64,000 nucleotides of DNA from Eledone cirrhosa. Its lineage: Eukaryota. Positions 12,571 through 25,185 of the stretch are shown here, in pieces (position 1 is the stretch's first letter; each line of letters begins with the position of its first letter). A program made the translations under genes and the position numbers. The notes under the pieces were generated by a model. That model had not been told where the DNA came from and searched no databases. It saw only the letters and a list, made by a program, of their open reading frames with translations. The stretch covers positions 94,054,001 through 94,118,000 of the forward strand of contig OZ024743.1 in the NCBI GenBank assembly GCA_964016885.1, given 5' to 3'.

Positions 12571-12632
<62 letters not shown>
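12571..12632. repeat. (TA)n(TG)n microsatellite
   Basis: Directly visible. Confidence 0.95.
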
Positions 12633-12635
<3 letters not shown>

Positions 12636-13049
12636 TGTCATACACAAGAATGATAGCATTAAACAAAAGATAAGATAAAAGCAACAAGCTTGTTGCAAAC
12701 AAAATTAAAATGCTTCAATAATAATAATAATATTAACCACAACATCAACATAATATAGCAGAGAAAGCTAAATATTCACAGCTTTTTTTCGAAAAACAAA
12801 AATGAAGTATAAAACCCCCCAAAAAACAAAAAAAAACACAAAGAAAAATATAAAAAAATATCCACCTATGTACACCAGTTTTGTGTTGAAGGCATGTGCA
12901 TTAGTGCTACCTATGGTTAAAGTCCCAAATAGTGTAGTGTAAAGCAAGAAGATTATAACATCAAAAAACACACTGTACGTTATTCACTGAATTAGTTAGC
13001 AACAACAACAAAATTAAAGGAAACAATTTGAACTTAGAAAGTAGAGGTA

Positions 13050-13862
13050 GATCAGACACTGCATAGCACCGCATCCAACTCAACATTTCTGTCAATCCAC
13101 TGTTCCCAGACAGGTACTTGATTTTTCAACCCTAAGACCCCGAAAGGATGAAAGGCAAAGTTGACTTTGGTGGGACTTGAACTCAGAATATACAGAGCTG
13201 GGTCAGACACTGCAAAACATCTCATCCAACTCATCCCTAATTCTGTCAATCCACTGCTCCCAGACAGGTATTTTATTTTTCTACCATAAGACCCCGAAAG
13301 GATGAAAGGCAAAGTTGACTTTGGTGGGACTTGAACTCAGAATATACAGAGCTGGGTCAGACACTGCAAAACATCTCATCCAACTCATCCCTAATTCTGT
13401 CAATCCACTGCTCCCAGACAGGTATTTTATTTTTCTACCATAAGACCCCGAAAGGATGAAAGGCAAAGTTGACTTTGGTGGGACTTGAACTCAGAATATA
13501 CAGAGCTGGGTCAGACACTGCAAAACATCTCATCCAACTCATCCCTAATTCTGTCAATCCACTGCTCCCAGACAGGTATTTTATTTTTCTACCATAAGAC
13601 CCCGAAAGGATGAAAGGCAAAGTTGACCTTGGTGGGATTTGAACTCAGAATGTACAGAGCTGGATCAGATATTGTAAAACATCCTGTTCAACTTTTTAAC
13701 AATTCTGTCAATTCACCACCACCTGGATAGATACTTTATTTATCAACATCTAAAAGGATAAAAGGGCAAAGTTAACCTCAGTGGGATTTGAAATCAGAGT
13801 GCAGTGAGCTGAAATAAATGCCCAAGGCATTTAATCCAAGACCGTAACAACCCTGCCAATTC
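13050..13862 (-). repeat. Tandem array (154-bp period) of SINE family 1 head and core
   Basis: Identical ORFs start at 13312, 13466 and 13620 (154-bp spacing). Each unit has GAGTTCAAGTCCC and GCCTTTCATCCTTTCGGGGTC on the minus strand. Flanking units are diverged. Confidence 0.9.
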
Positions 13863-13971
13863 AATGTAGAAGATATTGGGCCATCGCTAAGCAGTGATAA
13901 GCAACAAGAACTACTACAACAAAAATAAAGAAGACAACAAGCATGACATGAGGAAATAGGAGGGAACTCAC

Positions 13972-14037
13972 AGGATCCAGAACAAAAAAAGAAGCAGCAT
14001 TCAGTACTTCAAAGCCAGCATAGTTATCTATGCTTTC
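13972..14037 (-). CDS. PLEKHM1: PLEKHM1-like exon 10 (LIR-like FEVL motif)
   Basis: tttcag|GAA...CCT|gtgagt; 66 nt, phase 0->0. ESIDNYAGFEVLNAASFFVLDP. Confidence 0.75.
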
Positions 14038-14799
14038 CTGAAAGAGGTCAATGAGTACACAACACTTTAGGCTTACATACAAACATACATGTGCAGCTAA
14101 CTTGTGTAAAGCACTGCACAGATTATTTACTGGGAACTGGAATACATTATAGAATCCTGAAAAATATTTTTTTGTCCACAGGAACTCGTCCGTATGTGAG
14201 ATAGGGTAAAAATAAATTATTAAAAACAATACTTTTTGGCTGTTTTACATCCACTTTTCTTTTCACATTTGCATGGGTGTGACGGTTTATAAGCTACAGA
14301 AATTGTTCTTAAAACTGTAAAAGTATGTTCCTCTTAACTTTCTTATTAAATTTCTAATGAAAGACACTGCCTAGGATTTTCAATAAATCTTGAAAATAAC
14401 CAAGGATTTGAAACAATTTGGTTCAACTCTTCCTAGCAGAAAAAATGGACATTAAAAAATGTTGTAAGTATATTTTTTAATGAAAGACACTGTTTATGAT
14501 TTTTTAATTATTATAGAACTAGGGGGGTAGTTTCCAGGGTATTGGCACCAAAAGAGTTACATAATGATGATAATGATGAAAGTAGAAAAATTATAGAACC
14601 CTGAACAACACACTATTGTTAGCTGGATGACCCTTGTGATGTGCAGCCAATTGTCACACTTGATGGTGAATTGATGGTTGTTTTTTGTTTTTGTTTCTTT
14701 TTTCCTTTCTCTTGTTTTGATTATATATTTTGATGTGTTGTATTTATAAGGTTCTTAGCAATAGTTAATTGTATTTATAGAAAATAAATTCTGATTATA

Positions 14800-15620
14800 G
14801 AAACTGAATTTGGAATCAAAAGGTCTGAGAGTAAACTTTGCCAAAACTTAAGTGCTAGTGAGTAGGGAAGAAGATAGAACTCTGATCCGTTCAGGGAAGT
14901 GGCCTTGCTCAATATGTAGAAAGGGAGTAGGCATAAACTCCATACAATGTACACAATGTATATCTTGGGTACACAAGGGATGTAGAGAGATGACAGGTAG
15001 ACTAACAGGAAAGGAAGCCTTTGTATGTAGAAGATGCACAGGAGAAATCAAGAGGAAGAGTGCCAATGATATAAACCTTTTCCAGTCACAGGAAGGATCT
15101 ATAGCCCCTGCTATCTAGGTGACCTAATTAGCAATGGGGGGCGGGTGTACCAATAGTATAATAGCTAGAAAAAGGATAAGATGGAAGTTTAGAGAATTAC
15201 TCCCACTTTGTTGATAACAAAAGGTTTCTCCCTACATACAAAAAGAAGGCTGTATGACACCTGTGTGCAGTTTGTGATGCAGCATTGTAGTGAAATGAAG
15301 CAATCAAGCTTCGTTGGATGTGCAATGTAAGTGTAAGAGAAAGGCAGAGCTTGGATGAGTTGAGGGAGAAGCTGTGTTTAAGAGAAGATTGTATTGGAAT
15401 GTACATGGACCGATAGGTGAAGAAGTGGAAGGAAATCACAATAGAGGAAGACCAAGAAAGACCTGGGCAGAGGTTGTGAGAACTGACCTCAAATCGCTAA
15501 AATTGGCAGAGGAGATGATGAAAGAACACTACAAGTGGAGAGATGCCATGCTGAGAAGGACCCATCCAACCCATGCAAGCAGGGAAAAGCGGACATAAAA
15601 ACGATAATGAAGATGACATC
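14800..15620 (+). mobile_element. Decayed 5'-truncated RTE LINE
   Basis: ESKGLRVN, GKWPCSICRKGVG, RGRPRKTWAEV and 3' end CCATGCAAGCAGGGAAAAGCGGAC. Confidence 0.88.
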
Positions 15621-15910
15621 TGTTTATATTTCCATCCTGAAATAATTGTGAACAATTTGTAACATTTATACAACTGTGAATAAAAATTGTTTATATATTG
15701 TTTATGAAAAAAAAAACACAAAAAAAAACCTATTTCATTTGAACTTCAGCATTTTTAAATTTTTTGTTTTATACCTATTTTCTTTTTTAAGCTTACAAAG
15801 GTAGTTTATGAGTGAAATTATTCTTATAATATCATTGAATTTCTCTTTACTCTTTGTTTTTGTCCTTATAATATTAGTGTTAGTGCCATTATAAATACAC
15901 CCAGTACACT

Positions 15911-17661
15911 AAAAGTAAACCCCTCTACTTAGCTTTCGTCGACTTGGAGAAAGCCTTCGACAGAGTCCCCCGTTCCATTATCTGGTGGTCTCTTAGAAAA
16001 CTAGGTGTTGACGAATGGCTTGTGAGAGCTATACAAGCCATGTATAAAGAAACAGTCAGTAAGGTTAGAATTAACAACGAATATAGTGATGTCCAAAGTT
16101 GGTGTCCATCAGGGCTCTGTTCTTAGCCCCCTACTATTTATTATTGCCCTTCAGGCTATAACAGAGGAGTTCAAGACCGGCTGCCCATGGGAACTCCTAT
16201 ACGCAGATGATCTAACGCTTATAGCTGAATCAATGACCGAACTAGAGAAGAAATTCCAAACATGGAAGCACGGCCTAGAATCAAAAGGCCTTAAAATTAA
16301 CCTGGCTAAGACTAAAGTTCTAGTTTGTAGGAAAGAAAATAAGGCGGCGGTCCCTTCTGGGAAATGGCCATGCTCAGTGTGTAGGAAAGGCGTAGGTAGA
16401 AACTCCATTTTATGTCCCAAATGCAAAGTATGGGTGCATAAAAGATGTAGTGGGATCACAGGTAAGCTAACCAAGAACATAGATTTTACATGTGGCCGGT
16501 GCTCTGGTGCAATAAGTAGCAGCAAGTGCCCACAAAATACTAGCTCCTTCAACTGTGCAGAGGGTTCTATAGAAATAGTGGACAGCTTCCGTTACCTGGG
16601 TGACAAAATCAGCAGTGGGGGAGGGTGCTCTGAAAGTACAGTAGCTAGAGTCAGAACTGGATGGAAAAAGTTCAGAGAGCTTATACCACTATTAGCCGCT
16701 AGAGCGTTCTCCCTAAAAATGAAAGGCAGGTTATACGATGCCTGCATACGAACAGCAATGCTGCATGGCAGTGAGACCTGGGCATTGTGTGCAGAGGATA
16801 TACGCAGACTAGAGAGGAACGAAGCTTGCATGCTCCGCTGGATGTGCAATAGTAATATACGTGAACGGCAAAGCATAAACGAACTAAGGAATAAATTAGA
16901 AATAAGAGGGATCAGATGTTGTTTACTCGAGAGAAGGCTACGTTGGTACGGTCACGTGATGCGCATGAAAGATGACAGCTGTATAACAAAGTGCAGAGCA
17001 ATAAAGATAGACGGTAGCCACGGAGTAGGCAGACCCAGAAAAACCTGGGACGACATGATAAATTCCGACCTCACACGCTTACACCTCTCCAAGACAATGT
17101 CACTGGACCGAGACCTTTGGCGGTACTCAGTAATAGAGAAGACCCGCCTTACCTAAATACATAGTAAAACCTACTACAGTCAGTAGGCATCTCTATCAAA
17201 ACACACCCCCGTCCCACCACCTCCACCCCATCCACACCGCCCCTTTCAATGTAAAGTTATGTTGGTCCCACAACATCCAGGCCAAAACAAATGAGATCGT
17301 GTAGGTGTCACGACAAAAAAACACACAGTCCATGCTGTAAATGTGGCCATGTAGGCAACACGGTAAAAACCTCCCAGCCTCACACTGTAAATGTGGTTGG
17401 TGTTAGGAAGGGCATCCAGCTGTAGAAAACCCGCCAGACAGTCCACGCTGTAATGTGGCCATGTAGGCAACACGGTAAAAACCTCCCAGCCCCACACTGT
17501 AAATGTGGTTGGTGTTAGGAAGGGCATCCAGCTGTAGAAAACCCGCCAGACAGTCCTATGCGAGCAAGACAACCACTCTTGCCTCAAGTGGGAAAACCCC
17601 CGTCCAAACCCATGCAAGCGTGGAACACGGACGCTAAACCTGATGATGATGATGATGATGA
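15911..17661 (+). mobile_element. Young 5'-truncated RTE LINE (RT, PHD-like insert, C-terminus, 3'UTR, (GAT)n)
   Basis: AFVDLEKAFDRVP, GVHQGSVLSPLLF, LLYADDL, FRYLG and RLRWYGHVMR; one frameshift near 16090; stop at 17156. Possible TSD TACACT on both sides. Confidence 0.96.
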
Positions 17662-17985
17662 TACACTCTGCAAAGTGTTAATGCTGGAGTCATAAATACT
17701 CCCAGTACACTCTGTAAAGTGTTAGTGCTGGTACCATAAACACACATCTAGTACACTTTGTAAAGTGTTAGCGTTGGTGCCACAATAAAATGCACCCAGT
17801 ACTTGCTGTAAACATGGTAGTGTTGGAACAATGATAAAATGCTTTCAATATACTCTGCAAAGTAGTTGACATTAGAAAGGGCTTATGTCCTTCATACATA
17901 CGAGCAAGATGTGATTCTGTGACCTGTTTAGTCTTAAACTGTGATGACCCATCCAACCCATGCCAGTATGATGATAATGATGATT
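17662..17985 (+). repeat. Old RTE-3'UTR-like minisatellite (~45-bp units) interrupted by the LINE
   Basis: Repeated CCCAGTACACTCTGTAAAGTGTTAGTGCTGG. The same unit precedes 15911. Confidence 0.65.
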
Positions 17986-17989
17986 TCTA

Positions 17990-20165
17990 CAATCATCATC
18001 ATCATTTAACGTCCGCTTTTCCCTGCTTGCAAGGGTGGGATGGGTCCTATTCAGCACATCATCTCTCCACTTGTCACAGTCCTTCGTCATCTCCTCCGTG
18101 AGTTTCAGCGATCTTAGGTCTTCTCTCACCACCTCCGCCCATGTTTTCCGTGGTCTTCATCTGCTGCATCTTCCTTCTACTGGGATTTCTTGGCACTTCT
18201 TTACCCAGTGGTCATCCTCCATGTGCATCACATGTCCATACCATCTCAGTCTTCTCTCCTGCACACCACAACTTATTCCTCTTATACCCAGTTTCTTTCT
18301 CAACTCATCTATGCTTGGTCGTTCACGCACATTGACATTGCAAATCCAACGGAGCATGTTTGCTTCATTTCTCTCCAGCCGTCGCATATCCTCTGCAGTT
18401 GCTGCAAATGTCTCATTACCATGCAGCATCGCGCATCTCACACAGGCATCATATAACCGTCCTTTCGTACACAGGGAGAAACCCTTCTTTGTCAACAGAA
18501 GAAGCAGCTTCCTAAACTTCTTCCAACCCGTCCTTATTCTAGATACTATGGCCTCGGAACACGCCCCTCCCATGCTAATCTGATCACCTAGGTACCGGAA
18601 GCTATCAACCACTTCTATAGACCCCACCTGCATTGGAAAAATTTGTCTATCACTGCAATTACTAATGCCAACTTTCCCTGTACATCTACTGCATACATAG
18701 TTTTCTCGACCTGTTAGTTTGCCTGCTATCCCACTACATCTCGTGTACCCAAGATCTGCATTGTGTACATTTTATGGAATTTATGCCAGTTTTTTTCTAC
18801 ATATCGAACATGGCCATTTCCCGCGATGGAATCAGTGTATTGTCCTCTCTTCTACTTATCAACACTTTTGTCTTAGCTAGGATCACTCTTAGTCCTCTTG
18901 ATTCCAACTGCTGTTTCCATAGCCAGAATTTATTCTCTAGCTCCTCTACTGATTCTGCTATAAGAACCAGATCATCAGCATAGAGAAGTTCCCATGGGCA
19001 GCCAGTCTTAAACTCCTCTGTTATGGCTTGGAGGACTATAATGAACAAGAGCGGGCTGAGGACCAAACTCTGATGTACACCTACTTGTATCTGGAATTCC
19101 TCACTAAACTCCATTCCTACTCTCACTTTACTGACAGCATCTCTGTACATAGCTTGCACTGTCCTCACAAGCCATTCCTCTACACCTAGTTTCCTTAGGG
19201 ACCACCAGATGACATATCAGGGTACCCTATCAAAGGCCTTCTCTAGGTCAACAAAAGCTAAGTATAGTGACTTATTCTTCTCTAAGAACCTCTCTTGTAG
19301 TTGTCTCACTAAGAAGAGGGCATGTGTTGTACTTTTCCGAGGCACAAAACCAAACTGCATCTCATCTAATTTGACCCTTTCTCTAATCAGTTGTGCTAAC
19401 ATTCTCTCTGCCACTTTCATAACCTGATCCATCAGCTTTATGCCCCTATAATTGCTCCTCTCCAGAGCACCCCCTTTACCTTTGTAGCAATTGATGAGAA
19501 TACTGCTGCACCAGTCTTTGGGTATGACACCACCATATATAGCTTGATTGATGATGCGTGCAACCAGTTTAGTGCCTACTTCTCCTGATGCCTTCAGCAT
19601 CTCAGCAACTATCTCCGACGGTCCAGCAGCCTTACCATTCTTCATTTCCTTAATTGCCTCTTGTACCCTATATTCGTCAATCTCAATAGCTGGTCCCTCT
19701 GTTGGGTCTACAGGGGGTAATTTCTCTCTCTCCCATTCGTTCTCCACCTTCATCAGTCTCTCATAATGACATTTCCAAGCCTCCATTTTTTTATCATTTG
19801 TGACACTAAGTACACCAGCATCATTCCGGACACACTTATCTCCAACAACATCCTGATTTGCACTGACACACTGCTTTGCAATGCGGACACCGCACATCTC
19901 TGATCTTCCGTCGCAGAATATTGGCAAACCTCCTACTCTCAGCCTCCCTTCGTACTAAGTACAACTGACGTCTAGCTTGTTTCTTAGCGGCTGTATATCA
20001 TTCTCTACTCCCACCATTTTTCCAAGCATTCCATGCCAGTCTTTTGTCTCTAATGACCCTATCTACCGTGCTGTTCCACCACCAGGTCACTTTCTGTCTG
20101 GTTGAAGCTCTGTCCCAGCCACAAGTTTCTTCAGTAGCCTGCAGTAAGTTGTCACGTAAAAAATT
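17990..20165 (-). mobile_element. RTE LINE (second subfamily), 5' truncated and frameshifted
   Basis: NGKAAGP, NYRGIKL, QFGF, AFVDLEKAFDRVP, LLYADDL, FRYLGD and RLRWYGHV; short 3'UTR and (ATC)n tail. Confidence 0.95.
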
Positions 20166-20668
20166 CCAGTTATCATACTTCAGAAATCTCAGTTACACAC
20201 TCATTTGTAATTCTATCATATATATGTGGGTGTGTGTGTATGTGTACGTGTACATGTGTGTATTTAATGTTTATTTATGCCCCCCCCCCCCCCGCCTCAT
20301 AACATAGCAGTTTGACAAACAAGAATAAGATAAGATAAGTTTTGGATTAAAAAAACAAAACAAAAGCAACAACAAAGAAATAAGTACTGGGGTTGATATG
20401 ATAATTGAAATCCCTTCAAGGCAGTGTCCCAGCATGGCCATAGTCAAATGATTAAAACCAGTATAAGAATAAAAGAATATACCCAATGCTGTCTTCCGGA
20501 GTTTCATATAAAGCAAGGATGAAAATAAAGCCACAAAACGAGAAAATCAACCAAAATTGAACCAAATTTAGGATACCAATTCTTTCATTACCATATATCT
20601 AATGAAAGACACTATTTGTAATTGTGAAAATCATCAAGAATTTTGAAGGATTTAGTAATATAACTAAC

Positions 20669-21342
20669 TTAACCCTTTAGCATTTATATTACTCTATCTG
20701 GACCGAGACCTTTGGCGGTACTCAGTAACAGAGAAGACCCGCCTTACCTAAATATATAGTAAAACCTACTCCAGCCAGTAGGCATCTCTAACAAAATACA
20801 CCCCGTCCCACCACCCCCACCCGATCCACACCACCCCGTTCTATGTAAAGTTATGTTGGTGCCGCGCCATCGAGGCCGAAACAAATGAGATCGTGTAGGT
20901 GTCACGACAAAAAAACACACAGTCCACGCTGTAATGTGGCCGTGTAGGCAACACGGTAAAAACCTCCCAGACCCACACTGTAAATGTGGTTGGTGTTAGG
21001 AAGGGCATCCAACTGTAGAAAACCTGCCAGACAGTCCTATGCGAGCAAGACAATCACTCTTGCCTCAAGTGGGACTACCCCCGTCCAAACCCATGCAAGC
21101 GTGGAACACGGACGTTAAACGTTGATGATGATGATGATGATGATGATTACTATTATATTTTCATGGTAAAGGCTTTACCTCATATAATTATCTCACATAA
21201 TATTGACTCTATGACATTTTCATATTTATTTTGAGAACAATACCTTAATGTAAGTATGAGCAGCTGGATATGGCCAATTTGAACAGAAAGAGCTGAGAGA
21301 ATTCTGGCCAGATATGACCAGTTTAAATGCTTAAAGGGTTAA
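20669..21342. mobile_element. MITE family A copy interrupted by an RTE 3' end
   Basis: TTAACCCTTTAGCATTTA left end and AAAGGGTTAA right end, split by 20700-21146. Confidence 0.8.
20700..21146 (+). mobile_element. RTE LINE 3' end (same subfamily as 15911-17661)
   Basis: Near-identical to 17103-17661 but with a single copy of the 3'UTR module; (GAT)n tail. Confidence 0.92.
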
Positions 21343-21478
21343 GATAGTGTTTGGAACATAAAATTATGACGGAAGGCTTTTAAATATAAATACTTTAAAA
21401 CAAACAGCCTTTTGTAGAAAAATGGGCAGTTTCAGGTGGTTTGGTATCAAAAGGGTTAAACTAGAAACTTTAGAATAC

Positions 21479-21606
21479 CTTCTCAGATCTTTCTCCCGTC
21501 CTTTCTTCTTTTTGTTCTGGAGAATTCTCAGCAATTTCTCCAAATGGAATTGGTGATAGGGATTGCTCACCATGATAGTTATTGAGGAGAGTTTCAAAAC
21601 TTTCAG
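21479..21606 (-). CDS. PLEKHM1: PLEKHM1-like exon 9 (linker)
   Basis: tgtag|CTGAA...GAGAAG|gtattc; 128 nt, phase 1->0. AESFETLLNNYHGEQSLSPIPFGEIAENSPEQKEERTGERSEK. Supplies the phase change needed between exons 8 and 10. Confidence 0.78.
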
Positions 21607-21934
21607 CTACAATGGAAATACAAATAATATTAATATTAATTTCTAATGTAGGTAGGTACATGAAAATGGCTCAGGGGATGAGTGGAGTATCACAAAGAGA
21701 GAGGGTGGTAGGGAATGAACTGCAGAGAAGTGATGGGAATAGAGCCAGTGATGACTGTTGTGAAGAGAAATGAATGAGATGTTTGGGTCATGTGTTGAGG
21801 AAGGATGAAAGTGACTGGTTGAGAAGAATAGAGCCAGTAATGAATGTTGTGAAGAGAAATGGAATGAAACGGGGTCATGTGTTGGAGAAGGATAAAAGTG
21901 ATGGAAATAGATGTGAAAGGCTGTGTGCTGGAAC

Positions 21935-22140
21935 AAATACCAAGAGATTTCGTTCAATGCACTATTCAGTTCTGCCAATCCACCATGCCAATAATAACAA
22001 CAATTTCTTATATAGGCACATGGCAAGAAAATTTTGGGCAAGGGGTTTGTCAATAAAATCATCTCCTGCACTCCACTGGTATTTCATTTTATCAAAGCTC
22101 TGAAGGATGAAAGGCAAAGTTGACATGGACAGGATTTAAA
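21935..22140 (-). mobile_element. Decayed SINE family 1 fragments
   Basis: GAAGGATGAAAGGCAAAGTTGAC core and GGCACATGGC tail remnants. Confidence 0.55.
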
Positions 22141-22540
22141 CATAACTTTATAAACATCATATATTTATACATACAGCATTTATTTTAGAAAGAAATGCTT
22201 AACCTTTCCCAATGAAACATTGTCTAATTTTCAAATATTAAAAAAAAAAAAAATCCAGAATTTGATAAATTTAGTAATATAATTGACTTCATTATAAAGC
22301 TGGTGTTTGGAATTTAAAATAAACAGCTTAGTATTGTCGAACCAGAGACTGCCATAAAATCATCACAAAATTCAGTTGTTGCACTTTCCAGACTTTTTAA
22401 GGTCTGTTGTATTTGGTTAAGTTCTTGGAATTGCAAACCAAACCCTTTACTTAAACCACTGGAGTAGATAGTTTTTATTTCATTGTTCATTCCTTGGGTA
22501 TCTTCATACTAATTAGTTACTTGTGATGTTGTAATTAAAG

Positions 22541-22575
<35 letters not shown>

Positions 22576-22599
22576 AGTTTCTCTCTCAGTTCATTTACA

Positions 22600-23695
22600 G
22601 CAAAGCATAAATGAACTGAGAAAGAATTGTGCATAAAAGGGGATAGAGGCAGTGAGCAGGAGAGGAGATTGTGGTAGTATGGAGATGTATGCGTATGAAG
22701 CATGACAGCTGCATAAAAAGGTGAAGGGCACTCAAAGTTGATGGAAGCTGTGAAAGAGGAAGACCTAGGAAAGCTTGGGATGAGGTAATAAAAGCTGACT
22801 TCACACAATTACATCTCTCAAAGGTGATGACACAAGATCAAGATCTCTGGCATTATGCAGAAGACCCGCCTTCCCATGTGTATGGGATGAAGCAACATCT
22901 AGTGGTCTCTAGTATGCACTTCTCCCCTTCTGCCTTCCATACACCAACCACGTCTTAACACACCACACTCCACCAGCTAAGTACCCACCCTAGACCTACC
23001 TCTACAATACCCCCCTACCCCCCCTTTTCACATCTGAAGCACCTCTCTTGACCAGCCCATGTATACAAGCTCTCAGTAAGGTGGTCATACTGGTGACAAA
23101 ACAAAAGTCCCTAGTCCACCATGAGAGGTGCTCATGTTGGTGCCATGATAAAAGAGCACCTAGCCCTCCCTGCAAGGTGGTCATGCTGACGACATGACAA
23201 ATAAGTACCCAGTCAAACCTGTAAGGTGGTCATGTAGCTGACACAACAGGAGGCACCCAACCTACCCTGTAAAATAGTCGTGTTGGTGGCACGACAGGAG
23301 GTGCCTGGCCTGCCCTGTAGAGAGGTCATGCTGGTGGCACAACAGAAGGCATCCGGTCGGTCCTCTGAAGTGATCAGGCAAAAAGCACCTAGACCACCCT
23401 GTAGAGTGGTCATGTTAGCGGTATAAATGTCCAGTCCACATTATAAAGAGGTTATGAAGGTGCCATAAAAATAGCGCCGAGTCCACACTGTAAAGCGGCT
23501 GTGATGATATAAATCATCCAGTCCACACTGTAAATGTGGTTGGCATTAAGAAGGGAAAGCAACCGTAGAAACCAAGCCAGAAAACGTTCTTTATGAGCAA
23601 GATATGGTCATCTGATCTGACTTGTTTCATAACAGGACAATTCATTTAACCCAGGCTGGTCTGGAAAAATGGACATTAAATGGTGGTGATGATGA
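22600..23695 (+). mobile_element. Decayed RTE 3' end with expanded ~45-bp minisatellite in the 3'UTR
   Basis: RGRPRKAWDEVIKAD remnant, about 10 diverged CCCTGTAAGGTGGTCATG units at 23085-23540, and a GAT tail. Confidence 0.8.
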
Positions 23696-23713
23696 TATAT
23701 ATATATATATATA

Positions 23714-23885
23714 TGGAGGCACATAGCTTGGTGGTTAGAGCATTGGCCTTGCAATTGAAACCACCCAGCACTCACTGTAAATGAGGTTGGTGTTAGGAAG
23801 GGCATCCAGCTGTAGAAATCAAGCCAGAATCAGTTCCCGTACCACCCTTTCAAGCAGGGAAAAAATGGACGTAAAATGATGATGA
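23714..23885 (+). mobile_element. SINE family 2, internally deleted copy
   Basis: tRNA-like head TGGAGGCACATAGCTTGGTGGTTAGAGCATTGGCCTTGCAA fused directly to an RTE-like tail. Matches 31015-31363. Confidence 0.75.
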
Positions 23886-24799
23886 TATAATTCAAAATTC
23901 AATAAGACCAAGGATTAATATTATTATTTATTTATACATCTACGAATGTTTCAGCGAGACCAGAATATTTCATCAATTGTGGAGAAACTAGTTAACTATT
24001 ACACTGTAATCTCATAGAGAGAGAGAGAGAGAGAGAGAGAGCGCTAGATAGATACACTAACCCAGGATTTGAACTCACAACCACCAACACATAAACAACA
24101 ATTATTTTTACTATGAATAAATCAATTTATACTAATGGTAATTCCTTGTCTCATAAATTCAGTCAGAAATTCAAATAAATCAACATTTAAGTTTACAATA
24201 TTTAACACACTGTGTCCATTTCCAAGTATAGCACTGATATTATTTGACCTTTGATATAGAAAAAGACAGTTCTAATGTGGTTTTACTCAACAAACTTGAC
24301 CACACAAACAATCTGTAGTAAATGTTTCCAAAATATCAATCAGTGATGATAATGTATTAAATATTTTAGCTTCGTAATATTATTGTTGCACTGATTAAAT
24401 TGTGAAAAGGTTTACTAGCTTGTTTGCATTCTTATAAAACAACACAGCAATGGCACCATACAACCACTCATCTTAGGATATTATGTGAAATCCTACTAGC
24501 ATACATATGTCAGAATAATAAGTCTCTTAACTCCTTTGTAGTCTGTCAAAGTTGATGATAATATTCCTCTTCATGGCAGCTGACAATGGGTACGTACACA
24601 GACAAAAAGTTCAATATGTGACTCACAAACTTGACCTCAGATGTTCACTGCTGCTACTGCTGAGCCACAAGCCTATCTCTGCTTGCAGAGACCAGGGAGA
24701 TAGTTAGATGGAAGAGAGCACCAGCATAGTTGGTCTTTTGCAGCATCTTCCACAAACTCATGATATTACTATCATCTTGCTTGCACGAGTTATACAGGA

Positions 24800-25185
24800 C
24801 TTCTTCAGTAGAGCATCTCAAAATTTGTTACAGTCATTTGATATCTCATTTATGAAGTTCAACCTTCTTCTGAGATCATCTTTCATCACTTCTTTTCATG
24901 TTTTCCCTTGGTTTTCCTCTTCCACAGCTTCCTTCTACTTAGATCACTTGACCCTCCTTTACCCAACTGTCATCTGCCATATGCATCACAAGTCTATACC
25001 AGCACTGTCAGTCACTTCTCTTATACATGAGATATACATATTGCAGCTGATTTCTCTTACACCTAGTTTTTCTTTCAACTCATTTGTACTTTGTTGTTCA
25101 TGCACACTAACAGTACACTTCCAGAAGTGCATACTTGCTTCATTTCTTCCTAATCTTCATACATCTTCTGCATTCAATGGACATA
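24800..25185 (-). mobile_element. Decayed RTE ORF2 C-terminal fragment
   Basis: Reverse strand shows NELKEKLGVREISC and GKPRKT remnants. Confidence 0.65.
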
